The notes beneath the pieces are model-generated. The model was not told the origin of the DNA and ran no database searches. It saw nothing but the letters and a program-made list of their open reading frames with translations. 64,000 nt of DNA. Origin: an uncultured Candidatus Saccharibacteria bacterium (lineage in GTDB: Bacteria > Patescibacteriota > Dojkabacteria > J137). Below, one piece after another: positions 17,842-28,700 of this stretch (its first letter is position 1; every line of letters begins with the position of its first letter). The stretch is taken from the NCBI GenBank assembly GCA_965230975.1, contig OZ246402.1, positions 637,009 through 701,008 on the forward strand, read 5' to 3'. The translations under genes and the position numbers were made by a program.

Positions 17842-19167
17842 ATGGAAGAAAAACTTCAAACAGTTTATGTAAACATAAACGACCTCGTTAATGCTGATTA
17901 CAATCCTAGAAAATGGGATGAAAAGGCTCTCTCGGACTTAAAGGAAAGCATAAAGCGCTTCGGATTAGTTGATCCTGCAATCGTGAACATTGCCGAGAAC
18001 AGAAAGAATATAGTCATTGGTGGTCATATGCGTATTGAAGCAGCAAAAGCCCTGGGGGTTACTGAGATGCCAGTAATCTATCTAAATATCCCAAACGTCG
18101 AAAAAGAAAAAGAACTTAATATAAGGCTCAATAAGAATCATGGAGAATTCGATTTTGAACTTCTTGCAAATTTCGCCGAAGATTTTCTTACAGATATTGG
18201 CTTTAATTCAGAAGAACTAGATTCTATTTTCGATTGGGACGATGAAACCCCAGAAATATTTGATTTAGAGAAAGAGCTTGAAAAGTTAAATATCAAAAAC
18301 ATTGAGATTCAAAAGGGTGATGTATGGCAATTAGGTGAAAGCAGATTAATGTGTGGTGATTCTACAGTTAATGAAGATATGCATAAGCTTTTAAACAATG
18401 AGAAAGCTGACATGTGCTTTACTGATCCACCTTACATTCTTGATTATCTTCACGGTAAGAAAAAGAATGGTAAAGCAACAGAAGGATTTGGTGCTAAAAG
18501 AAATCGTAAATATCTAGAAACAGACATTCTTCCTGACAACTTCACTGAACTTTGGATGAAAAATATCTCAGAAGTTTCCAAAGATAATTTCCACATAATC
18601 GTTTATGAAAACTGGAAAAACATTAGAACAATATGGGGTGAAATGGAAAAGTATTGGAAAGTTAAAAACATGATTGTCTGGCATCTACCAAATCGTAATC
18701 AAGGCTTTGCCCCGAAATATAAATTCTTTTCGAAACATGATATTGCAATGGTCGGTTCAACCGAAGATAAAGAAGAATTGGATTTAAATCCTGAGGATGA
18801 ACTTTTGCAAAATGAGTATGAAACTGCTTTATATGCAATATCAGGTAAGCCTCAATGGGAAGGTTATGAAAAGGGAAAGACGATACAACCAACTGATTTT
18901 ATTGAATATAAAGCCTCTGATGAAAAAAGTTCGGGGCAAGGAATAATATTTGGAACGAAACCATTAGAAATCCTAATTCCCTACATCAAAGTACTTACTA
19001 AACGTGGAGATCTAATTGTTGAGCCTTTTGGAGGAAGCGGATCAACATTGATCGCTTCAACGAAAATGAAAAGAAGATGTTATCTAATGGAGAAATCTCC
19101 AGTTTATGCCGAAGTAATCAAAAATCGTTGGGAGAAATTAACTGGTGAGAAAGGAGTAAAGATATGA
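17842..19167 (+). CDS. ParB-like nuclease domain fused to an N6/N4 DNA methyltransferase (DPPY class)
   Basis: N-terminal ParB/Srx signature YNPRKW...GLVDPAIVN...GGHMRIEAAKALG. Methyltransferase motif IV MCFTDPPY. C-terminal SAM motif EPFGGSGST. Confidence 0.75.
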   Translation: MEEKLQTVYVNINDLVNADYNPRKWDEKALSDLKESIKRFGLVDPAIVNIAENRKNIVIGGHMRIEAAKALGVTEMPVIYLNIPNVEKEKELNIRLNKNHGEFDFELLANFAEDFLTDIGFNSEELDSIFDWDDETPEIFDLEKELEKLNIKNIEIQKGDVWQLGESRLMCGDSTVNEDMHKLLNNEKADMCFTDPPYILDYLHGKKKNGKATEGFGAKRNRKYLETDILPDNFTELWMKNISEVSKDNFHIIVYENWKNIRTIWGEMEKYWKVKNMIVWHLPNRNQGFAPKYKFFSKHDIAMVGSTEDKEELDLNPEDELLQNEYETALYAISGKPQWEGYEKGKTIQPTDFIEYKASDEKSSGQGIIFGTKPLEILIPYIKVLTKRGDLIVEPFGGSGSTLIASTKMKRRCYLMEKSPVYAEVIKNRWEKLTGEKGVKI

Positions 19168-19565
19168 AAAATCTAAAAAAAGAACTAATTGAACAACTAC
19201 GAAAAACTCCGATTATAGAAGTTGCTTGTAAGAAAGTTGGAATTGGTAGAGCGACCTTTTATAGATGGAAGAAAAGAGATGGCAAATTTGCTGATGAAGC
19301 AGAATCAGCAATTCTTGAAGGATCACAAGTTGTAAATGATATGGCTGAAAGTCAGTTAATTAATTCTATCAAGAACGGAAATTTAACTGGAATTATTTTT
19401 TGGCTTAAGAATCATCATAAACAATACTCACCTAAACTTGAAGTAACAACAAAAAGTGCAGATCTACCACTAACAGAAGAACAAAAGGAAGTTATTCGAA
19501 AGTCATTAAGTATGGCTTTTAATTTATCTATTAATGATACAAACGATGAACATGAAACAAATTAA
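19164..19565 (+). CDS. HTH protein, candidate terminase small subunit
   Basis: HTH KKVGIGRATFYRWKK. Its position immediately upstream of the terminase large subunit overlaps it, in the typical TerS-TerL arrangement. Confidence 0.4.
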   Translation: MKNLKKELIEQLRKTPIIEVACKKVGIGRATFYRWKKRDGKFADEAESAILEGSQVVNDMAESQLINSIKNGNLTGIIFWLKNHHKQYSPKLEVTTKSADLPLTEEQKEVIRKSLSMAFNLSINDTNDEHETN

Positions 19566-21084
19566 TAAGGATTTTGAAATACCAATGGAAATAATTGAAA
19601 AGATTTTAGTTGATAAAAGAGCGAGAAAAGAACTTACTCGAGAAAGTCATTACTGGTTCTTTCATCTTTACTTTAGTGAGTATGTTAAATATCCAACAGC
19701 AGATTTTCAAAGAGAAATGTTTAGCATCACAGAAGATGATGAAGTAAAAATGGCAGTTCTAATTGCTTTCAGAGGTTCCGCTAAGTCAACAATAATGACA
19801 ATGTCGTATCCTCTCTGGGCGATTTTAGGAAAGCAACAAAAGAAATGTGTTGTAATAATTTCTCAAACTCAACAACAAGTCAGAACTCACTTTGCAAATT
19901 TAAAAAGAGAACTAGAAAATAATGAAGTATTAAGAAACGACTTAGGTTCATTGGAGGAAGAATCTGATGAATGGGGATCGTATTCTTTAGTTCTACCTAA
20001 ATTCAATGCAAGACTTATTGCAGCATCAAGTGAACAAAGTATCAGAGGAATTAGGCATGGAGCAAATAGACCTGATTTAATTATTTGCGATGATGTTGAA
20101 GATTTAACTACTATAAAAACAAAGGAAGGCAGAGATAAAACATATTCTTGGCTATCTGGAGAAGTTATTCCGCTAGGGGATCAGAATACAAAGATAATAA
20201 TGATTGGAAATCTTCTGCACGAGGATTCTCTGTTAATGAGACTTAAAAAGAAAATCACGGAGGAAAATATGAATGCTATCTTCAGAGAATATCCTTTAGT
20301 TGATGATCAAAATAATATTCTTTGGTTAAGTAAGTTTAAAGATATAGATGCAATCAATGATTATAAAAAGATAATCGGGGATGATAAAGCTTGGCAAAGA
20401 GAATATATGCTTAAAATTATTCCAGAAGATGATCAATTAGTTTATCAAGAATGGATTCAGTATTACAATGAACTCCCAAAGAGTACTCAAGATTATAGAT
20501 ACACTATTATAGGTGTCGATTTAGCAATTTCAACAAGTGCTTCGGCTGACTATACTGCTATGGTTACAGCACATGTATTTGGAAATCTTGAAAACTTAAA
20601 AGTCTATATACTTCCTTTCCCTTTTAACAAAAGAGTTGAATTCACTACAATAACTGAAGTTATAAAACAAAAAGGAAAAGAACAACATTATGGAAGAAGA
20701 CCTGATATCTATATAGAAGAGGTGGGATTCCAAACAGCAGTAATTCATCAGTTAAAAAACCAAGGACTAAATACTAAAGGATTTAAAGTTCATGGACAAG
20801 ATAAAAGATCGAGATTAAATTCTGTAACTCCATTTATAAAGTTAGGACGAGTATTATTTCCCCAAAAAGGAGCTGAAGAACTAATTCAACAATTAGTCTA
20901 CTTCGGAGTGGAAAAGCATGATGATTTAGTGGATGCATTTTCCATGGTTCTTTTAAAAGTTGCGGAAAAGGATAGACCGGGAATTCAAGTCATAACAGGT
21001 GAAGCGGCTGCACTTTTGAGAGGTGGCGGTGGAAGCTGGTATGGCGGTGATTATTGGAGTTCAGGAAGTAGTCGATCGTTTTAA
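19534..21084 (+). CDS. Phage terminase large subunit
   Basis: Walker A-like AFRGSAKST, Walker B LIICDDVED and a C-terminal nuclease region. The tail is an unusual Gly-rich RGGGGSWYGGDYWSSGSS. Confidence 0.65.
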   Translation: MIQTMNMKQINKDFEIPMEIIEKILVDKRARKELTRESHYWFFHLYFSEYVKYPTADFQREMFSITEDDEVKMAVLIAFRGSAKSTIMTMSYPLWAILGKQQKKCVVIISQTQQQVRTHFANLKRELENNEVLRNDLGSLEEESDEWGSYSLVLPKFNARLIAASSEQSIRGIRHGANRPDLIICDDVEDLTTIKTKEGRDKTYSWLSGEVIPLGDQNTKIIMIGNLLHEDSLLMRLKKKITEENMNAIFREYPLVDDQNNILWLSKFKDIDAINDYKKIIGDDKAWQREYMLKIIPEDDQLVYQEWIQYYNELPKSTQDYRYTIIGVDLAISTSASADYTAMVTAHVFGNLENLKVYILPFPFNKRVEFTTITEVIKQKGKEQHYGRRPDIYIEEVGFQTAVIHQLKNQGLNTKGFKVHGQDKRSRLNSVTPFIKLGRVLFPQKGAEELIQQLVYFGVEKHDDLVDAFSMVLLKVAEKDRPGIQVITGEAAALLRGGGGSWYGGDYWSSGSSRSF

Positions 21085-21126
21085 AATCTCCTAGACTTAA
21101 TAAGAGAACAGCGGTACTGTCTTGGT

Positions 21127-22443
21127 GTGAAAACACTGAATCAACCAATACGGTACTGCTTATACGCTAGAAAATCATCTGAATCAGATGAGAAGCAGGC
21201 AATGAGCATAGATGGTCAACTGATGGAAATGAGAGAACTTGCAAAAAGGGAAAAGATCGAAATAATAGAAGTTATTACAGAAAGCCATTCAGCCAAAGAA
21301 ACAGGACAAAGATCTCAATTTAATTATATGGTTGAGAGCATTTCTAAAGGAAAATATAACGCAATAATTACTTGGGCTCCAGATAGAATTTCAAGAAATG
21401 CAGGCGATCTGGGACGAGTTGTTGACTTAATGGATCAAGGAAAATTACTTTTTATAAAGACTCACTCTCAGACTTTCAGTAATAACCCAAATGAAAAGTT
21501 TTTGCTTATGATTTTGTGTTCTCAAGCAAAGCTCGAAAACGATAATCGAGGTATTAATGTTAAGAGAGGCTTGAGGAATAAATGTGGTATTGGAATTCGA
21601 CCTGGAATGGCTCCAATTGGTTACTTAAATACAATGAGAGGAAATAGGATTGCTTCTGTAGACTTAGATCCTGAGCGAGCTCCTATAATTAAAGAAATGT
21701 TTTACAAGGTTGCAAACCAAGGATATTCCGGAAGGATGATTAAAAAGTGGCTTGATAAACAAAACTTTAAAACTAAGAAAGGATATTCAATAAGTCTAGG
21801 TAGAATTTATGTTGCTCTTAATAACCCATTTTATTATGGAGAATTCCGCTACGGAAAGAAATGGTATAAGGGAACTCATGAACCATTAATTACAAAGTAC
21901 ATTTTTGATAAAGCACAGATTCAATTGGAAGTAGTTCCGAAACAATGGAACAAACAAGTCTTCCCATTTAAAAAGATTTGTAAATGCGGAACTTGTGGTG
22001 GAAGTATAACTGCTGAAATTAAATATCGTAGAACGAAAGCAGGTAAGATAAACACCCACATTTATTATCACTGCAATAGAATTAGAGATTACGAATGCAA
22101 GGAGCCATATATTACAGAAGAAGAATTGATCAAACAATTAATAATTTTGCTACCCAATCTTAAATTGAATACTAAATATTTATGGATGGAATTTGATGAG
22201 GAGATTAAAAGACTAAATCATTTAAAAGGTATTATTTATAATCAACAAGAAGCAAGCATACAACTTACACCACATAATCTTAATAAGTTGAAATCAGAAG
22301 ATTTAAGTCCCGAAGAATATCTAATGCTACAAAGTTATTTACTGCACATTCTTCAATTTGGAACTCCTGAAGAGAGACTAAGGATTCTGACTGGAATTCA
22401 ATCTAAATTTGAATTAACTCAAAGAGTGTTGGTAGCAAAGTAA
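21127..22443 (+). CDS. Large serine recombinase (integrase)
   Basis: N-terminal resolvase domain YARKSS...DRISR with the catalytic Ser in RKSS. C-terminal zinc ribbon CKCGTCGG...YYHCNRIRDYEC. Length is 438 aa. Confidence 0.8.
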   Translation: MKTLNQPIRYCLYARKSSESDEKQAMSIDGQLMEMRELAKREKIEIIEVITESHSAKETGQRSQFNYMVESISKGKYNAIITWAPDRISRNAGDLGRVVDLMDQGKLLFIKTHSQTFSNNPNEKFLLMILCSQAKLENDNRGINVKRGLRNKCGIGIRPGMAPIGYLNTMRGNRIASVDLDPERAPIIKEMFYKVANQGYSGRMIKKWLDKQNFKTKKGYSISLGRIYVALNNPFYYGEFRYGKKWYKGTHEPLITKYIFDKAQIQLEVVPKQWNKQVFPFKKICKCGTCGGSITAEIKYRRTKAGKINTHIYYHCNRIRDYECKEPYITEEELIKQLIILLPNLKLNTKYLWMEFDEEIKRLNHLKGIIYNQQEASIQLTPHNLNKLKSEDLSPEEYLMLQSYLLHILQFGTPEERLRILTGIQSKFELTQRVLVAK

Positions 22444-22469
22444 ATTAATTCCCTTTAATTATAATTCTA

Positions 22470-23216
22470 TTGTATCAATTGGTTAGATACTGCTATTCTC
22501 TGACTATGAAATATATAGTTGTATCAATGACATCCACAAGACCAGACAAATATGGGACTGCTTTTTCGAAAGAAGCACTTTTTGATGGAGCTAAACAAAT
22601 AAATATAAAATACCTACCGGTAAATATAGAGCATGATCGTTCCAATGTTATAGGTGTGGTTTTATATGCAGAGGTCCATGAATTACTAGATGGCGAATGG
22701 TTTCTAATGAATGTTTCTGGACTATTTGAGGAAAACGATGATAAAGAATTATTTAAGGCTGGATTGTCAAATATCGAGAGCTCAAATCCAAAATACCCTA
22801 AGCTAATTGCAGATGAGCTAGAGAACTTTAGGTTACATTTAAAAACCGTGCCTATAACTAAATACAAAATACCTAATACTCTTGAAGGTCAAATTGAACA
22901 GTATCTAGACAGGACAAAAGTCGATGAAAACGGGAATGTCTATGAAATCCGTGCATTTATTGATTCGGTAGGCGATCTAAAAATAGAGATCTATCCTAAT
23001 GATCACAACCCACCACATTTTCATATCACATCAAGGCAAAGAGGCATTAATGCAAGGTTTAATTTAACTACACTTAAATTTATTGACAATAAGAAAGGAA
23101 GTCGCGGTAGATTAACTTCCAACGATATTAAAAAGTTGGAAAGTTTTTTTGAGATGCATCCTCAAGCCCAAGAAGAACTTAGGAAAAGGTATGAAGATTT
23201 TAATCAAAACAACTGA
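22470..23216 (+). CDS. DUF4160-containing protein
   Basis: C-terminal IYPNDHNPPHFHI is the DUF4160 signature. The N-terminal half is unassigned. The true start is possibly at 22506. Confidence 0.45.
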   Translation: MYQLVRYCYSLTMKYIVVSMTSTRPDKYGTAFSKEALFDGAKQINIKYLPVNIEHDRSNVIGVVLYAEVHELLDGEWFLMNVSGLFEENDDKELFKAGLSNIESSNPKYPKLIADELENFRLHLKTVPITKYKIPNTLEGQIEQYLDRTKVDENGNVYEIRAFIDSVGDLKIEIYPNDHNPPHFHITSRQRGINARFNLTTLKFIDNKKGSRGRLTSNDIKKLESFFEMHPQAQEELRKRYEDFNQNN

Positions 23217-23524
23217 ATAGAGAACAACATTCGGACCTAAAGTATCATTCCTGAATAATCAATACTCACAACAAAAAAGCTTAGAACCAGAGAGGTATGT
23301 TTAAAAGCCTAATATGGCTATTTTCAGGCTAAAACAACGATTTTGAGACATTTACGAATTATTGGAAGCCAATGTACAACACCATTCAACGCTACCAAGG
23401 TAGGTAGACGGGTCTTGCGAAACCATTTTAAAATGGCGGGGGCGACGATATTCTCACTAAAGTTTTTAAGTCTATATAAATGCCAATGGGTAAATAATTC
23501 CATTGGCATTTAAGATTAAGTTTA

Positions 23525-23776
23525 TCAGGAATTTCTTCTAGTTCTTTCAACTTTTCCTAAAATCAATTTCATCATATCTTCTCTGTCAGCTGCTAAAGAA
23601 TCGTCACTCATTTGTTCCTCAGTATAGATTCTTTCAAGGACTTTTGAAGCAACAGCCTCATTACTTAAAGTTGGCTCTTCTTGAAGAACATTCTTAATTT
23701 CAGTTCTTATTGACTCATTTATTGTTGCACCAATACTTCTTAGTCCATGTTCAATCACATTATCTAGACCATCCAT
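23525..23776 (-). CDS. Hypothetical small protein
   Basis: An 83-aa ORF between the island cargo and tRNA-Ser. No motif. Confidence 0.25.
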   Translation of the reverse strand: MDGLDNVIEHGLRSIGATINESIRTEIKNVLQEEPTLSNEAVASKVLERIYTEEQMSDDSLAADREDMMKLILGKVERTRRNS

Positions 23777-24066
23777 AAATATTATACTAATAAATAATAC
23801 TTAGATTAAACATTAAATCTTGAGCTTTTGCAACTCAATCATTTTATATTGGTTAAAATTTACAAAGTTTAAAAATAATTAGTTTTAATCGTGAACACCC
23901 ACAATAAAAAATATTAGAACCAAAAGATATTAAACTTAAGCCAAAATCAGAGGTATTCAGTAAAAAAGTAGGTATTTTAAGAAAATGAAATTCTTGGACA
24001 AAATTCGACAAGACTGTTAATGCTTTGACACCATAGTACCCAGGTCTTGTAGGATACTATAGGATA

Positions 24067-24157
24067 TGGCGGAGGAGACAGGATTCGAACCTGCGTCCCA
24101 GTTGCCCGGGAACAGTCTTTCCAGGACTGCGCACTAGACCAACTATGCGACTCCTCC
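24067..24157 (-). tRNA. tRNA-Ser (anticodon GGA), with a long variable arm and CCA encoded
   Basis: The minus strand reads GGAGGAGUCGCAUAGUUGGUCUAGUGCGCAGUCCUGGAAAGACUG...GGUUCGAAUCCUGUCUCCUCCGCCA. The anticodon loop is CUGGAAA, the T-loop is GGUUCGAAUCC, and the acceptor stem is 7 bp. Confidence 0.85.
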
Positions 24158-24233
24158 TTGAATACTCAAATGTGCTTGTAATTTTAACAGATATTTAGCA
24201 TAATTCGCACAAAAATATAATAGTAGCAAAGCA

Positions 24234-25043
24234 ATGCAATATCATTTAAATACAGAAAACACAGTAGAACTACCCGAAGAGGTCTTAAGGTACAAACACT
24301 TGTATTCTATACTAACATTTCTAACACCATACACCCTTTCCAGGCTTATAAAAATAATAGAAACATTTATACATAACCCAACATCAGTAACGCTAGAATC
24401 CGGTGAAAACATTACCATAATTAAACCAAGCAAAAGATTCACACAACGTCCCGCAGAATTTCCTGCAACTGAAATAATTAATTGGGCTTTAAAGATGCAA
24501 TTTATATCAAGCGTTACATATATTTCTTCAGATACCGGAACATTTGCCAAAGGATATCAATTTTACCAGCTAGAAGAAGCCATAAAACTAATAATTGGAT
24601 TAATGCACCTACCAAATATAGATGAGTTTTTAACTATACTAAATTCAATAGCAATTCAAACCTTTCCATCAGGAGTAAAAATGCAAGACTATAAAACTCT
24701 TTCTGGCATTTTAAGATTCTTAAAAAGTTTAGAGCCAATAGATTCTAATAATGTGGATATAGTTAATCAACTAAAAACTTACCTAACACCAGAAAATAAA
24801 GATATAAGTTCTACAAATACTAAATATCAAATAAGCTTGTGCTTTACAGCGGGTTTAATTAATGAATATAACGAATTAACTCAAAAGGGAGTTAGATTTA
24901 TCTCATCGTTGCTAGCATTAAAAAATTATTTACAAGAAATGCAATCAACTGACTATTCTCTTATAGATGGGATGGATAGTGTTTCTACAATAATTTCTGA
25001 GTTAAATATAAACTACCCACAATATCCAGGTTTTGAGGCATAA
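24234..25043 (+). CDS. Hypothetical protein
   Basis: A 269-aa ORF with no motif. Confidence 0.35.
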   Translation: MQYHLNTENTVELPEEVLRYKHLYSILTFLTPYTLSRLIKIIETFIHNPTSVTLESGENITIIKPSKRFTQRPAEFPATEIINWALKMQFISSVTYISSDTGTFAKGYQFYQLEEAIKLIIGLMHLPNIDEFLTILNSIAIQTFPSGVKMQDYKTLSGILRFLKSLEPIDSNNVDIVNQLKTYLTPENKDISSTNTKYQISLCFTAGLINEYNELTQKGVRFISSLLALKNYLQEMQSTDYSLIDGMDSVSTIISELNINYPQYPGFEA

Positions 25044-25132
25044 TAACACATTAAAAACTTTCTAAAATACACAAACCTCTTTTAACTTGACTAATAAATG
25101 TATATAATCTGACACCTATTATTAGTAACAAA

Positions 25133-25657
25133 ATGGCCCAATGCAGATATGATTTAGAAAGTAATTCCTATTTAAAAACCAGGTGGCAAAGCATAGCCAT
25201 TAATATTCCAGTTAAACCTCTACATTCTAATCATCAAGAACATATACCAGATATCGCGCAAAGAATACTTTATTATACAAATCAAGAAAACCTAGCAAAT
25301 ATGCGAGTTATAGATTTTTTTGAATATATAAAAAGCTACGGATACAGTGATGAAGTATTAAAGTCTTATGAGCAAGTTGTAAAAGCTATTAAAGCTCTTA
25401 AAGAAACAAGTGTGTTTATTGAATATATTGATGAAAAGCAATATACATTAGGGTTAATTGCAAATTGGATCTCATCAGGGCAATTTATAGAAACTACAAA
25501 TAACAAGTTGGGAAAATATAACTTTATAAGAATGCGAGGAATGGGCTTAAATTTATTACTTGTATTAATAAAATTCTTATCTGAACTTGGCCTTGTAGAT
25601 TACGAGCTTGCAATGAAACACTTATATTCTATAGAAGATTATGTCTTAGAACAATAA
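25133..25657 (+). CDS. Hypothetical protein
   Basis: A 174-aa ORF with no motif. Confidence 0.35.
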   Translation: MAQCRYDLESNSYLKTRWQSIAINIPVKPLHSNHQEHIPDIAQRILYYTNQENLANMRVIDFFEYIKSYGYSDEVLKSYEQVVKAIKALKETSVFIEYIDEKQYTLGLIANWISSGQFIETTNNKLGKYNFIRMRGMGLNLLLVLIKFLSELGLVDYELAMKHLYSIEDYVLEQ

Positions 25658-25737
25658 TTAGATACTTCTAATCTTTATATAGCATAGTTTGGTACACCCG
25701 CGTTATAATCTAAGGTTAATCTTTTTTAGGAATAAAA

Positions 25738-28700
25738 ATGGACCAGCAATATAAATCATTAGACAACTTTATTAGAATAAGTGGTGCAAGAACCAATAAC
25801 TTAAAAAATATCTCCGTTGATATTCCAAAACACAAACTAACTGTAATAACAGGTTTGTCGGGCTCGGGTAAATCTTCATTAGCATTTGATACCATATATG
25901 CAGAGGGTCAAAGAAAATACGTAGAATCTTTATCTTCTTATGCAAGGCAATTCTTAGGCTTAATGGAAAAGCCAGATGTAGATACAATAGAAGGCTTATC
26001 CCCAGCAATATCAATAGATCAAAAAACATCAGGTCATAATCCAAGGTCAACAGTAGGTACTGTAACAGAAATCTATGATTACCTTAGACTTTTATTTGCA
26101 AGAGTTGGGCACCCAAGAAGTCATATTTCGGGCAGAAGGTTAGAAAAACAAACAGTACAACAAATTGTAGATAGCATATTAAATTATCCAGCACAATTTG
26201 GTGTAGCAGAAGTTAAAATCATTTTACTATCACCATTAGTAAAAAATAGAAAAGGAACATACGAAGAGCTTTTTTCAAGGTTTTTATCCCAAGGTTATGC
26301 CAGAATTAGGGTAGATGGCAAAGTTTATTCTTTAGAAGAAGATATTAAACTAGATAAATTTGTTAAACACAATATAGAGCTTGTGGTAGATAGACTTGTT
26401 GTTAAGCCTGAAAGTGCTACAGATGCAGAATTTATGAAGCGTTTAACTGATTCTGTAGAGTTATGTGTAAACTTAGGTGAGGGGGAAATCTTAGTCAATC
26501 TCGTAGATTTTGCTAGCTTGAATTTTGACTCATTTAAAATGAAAGTTGATTCGCTTGGAGATGTATTTTACTCAGAAAAGTTAGTTGATCAAGAAACAGG
26601 AGAATCTTTCCCAGAAATTGAACCACATTCATTCTCATTTAATTCTCCATTTGGTGCCTGTCCGGTATGTAACGGCTTAGGAAGTGTAAAAGAGATAGAT
26701 GAATCTATGGTTTTTAACCCAAGGCTTACAATTAGCGAGGGCGGCATTTACCCTTGGTCAAGGCTTATGGAAAACGAAGATTCAATGACTTTTAAACTAA
26801 TAGAAACCGTAGCAAAAGAAGAGGGTTTCTCTATTAAAACACCAATAGGTAAATTATCAGAAGAACAACGTAATTTAATTTTATATGGCAAAAAAAATAA
26901 AAAATACCCAATAAGCTATTCGGGTCAAGGTGGTAATAGAACCTGGATGGCAGAATTTGAGGGCGTAATTCCAAACTTATTAAGAAGATATAACGAAACT
27001 GATTCTGAATATATTAGATCAGAAATAGAGCAATTTATGATAGAAAAAGAGTGTGATGAATGTAAGGGATATAGGCTTAAAAAAGAAACTTTAGCTGTAA
27101 CAATTAGAGGGAAAAATATAGTTGATATTGGTAGCATGTCTATCTCTGATGCTCACGAATGGATTACTGCTTTTAACAATCCCCCAACAGGGACCAACAA
27201 ACCTGGAACAATGCAACAACTATTCAACTTGGCAATAATTAATCCTTCAGAAGATGATATTTCTGAACAAGAGCGAGAGATTGGAAAGCAAATATTTAAA
27301 GAGATAGCTGTGAGATTAAACTTCTTAGTTTCTGTGGGCTTAGATTATTTATCTTTAAACAGAAGTGCTCGTACACTATCGGGCGGAGAAGCTCAAAGAA
27401 TAAGACTTGCTTCACAAATTGGAACTGGTTTAACAGGTGTTTTATATGTTTTAGATGAACCTTCTATCGGTTTGCATCAAAGAGACAATGAAAGATTAAT
27501 AAATACACTAGAAAGATTAAGAGATATTGGTAACACTGTAATTGTTGTTGAACATGATGAAGATACAATGAAAAGAGCAGATCACATTTTAGACATTGGT
27601 CCAGGAGCCGGAGAACATGGAGGCAAGGTTGTAGCACAAGGCACAATAGAAGATATAAAAGCATCTAAAGATTCGATTACGGGTAAGTACCTAAGTGGAA
27701 ATATTGTAATTACCAAAGAAAATATTTACAAAGAAATAGAGAGTATAGATGCTTTAAATAAAACGACAAACGGTGCAACAACAAATGAAAAGGGAAAATT
27801 AATTTTTACAAACGTTAAACATCACAATTTAAAAGGTGTTGATTTAGAAGTACCATTAGGCAAATTTGTTTGTGTTACTGGTGTTTCTGGTTCTGGTAAG
27901 TCATCTTTGATTAACGATGTGGTTTACAAAGCACTTTCAAAAGAACTTTATGGTTCTAAAGATAATCCCGGTCAATATTCAGAAATGCGTGGGATTGAAA
28001 ATATAGATAAAATTGTAGATATAGATCAATCTCCAATTGGAAGAACTCCAAGATCTAACCCTGCAACTTATACAGGAATATTCAACACTATTAGAGATAT
28101 TTTCTCTCAAACTAAGGAATCTAAAATTAGAGGGTATAAACCTGGTAGGTTTAGTTTTAATGTTAAGGGTGGTAGGTGTGAAAAGTGTGAAGGTGCTGGT
28201 GTAATCAAAATTTCGATGCAATTTTTGCCAGATGTTTATGTAACTTGCGAAGAGTGCCATGGTCATAGATACAATAGAGAAACTTTGCAAATTGATTATA
28301 AGGGCAAAAATATTTCAGATGTTTTAAACATGACTGTAGAAGAAGGAGTGAGCTTTTTTGAAAATATAAATATGATTGGGCCTAAATTGCAAACTTTACA
28401 AGATGTTGGTTTAGGCTATATTAGGCTTGGTCAGGGTGCTACCACTTTATCGGGTGGAGAATCTCAAAGGGTTAAACTTGCATCAGAGCTTTCCAAAAGG
28501 TCTACAGGTAAAACTTTATATATTTTAGATGAGCCAACTACTGGGTTACATTTTGAAGATGTTAGAAAACTTTTGATTGTATTGCATGGTTTGGTTGCAA
28601 AAGGTAATTCTGTGTTAGTTATTGAACATAACTTAGATTTGATTAAAACTGCAGATTGGATTATTGATTTAGGCCCAGAAGGAGGTGAAAAAGGTGGGTA

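Noticed and set aside
22470-22600. Phage prohead-protease-like N-terminus in the DUF4160 protein
   Set aside because: There is only a vague resemblance (DKYGTAFSKEAL) to the S78 protease motif and no identifiable catalytic His/Ser spacing. That is insufficient to call.
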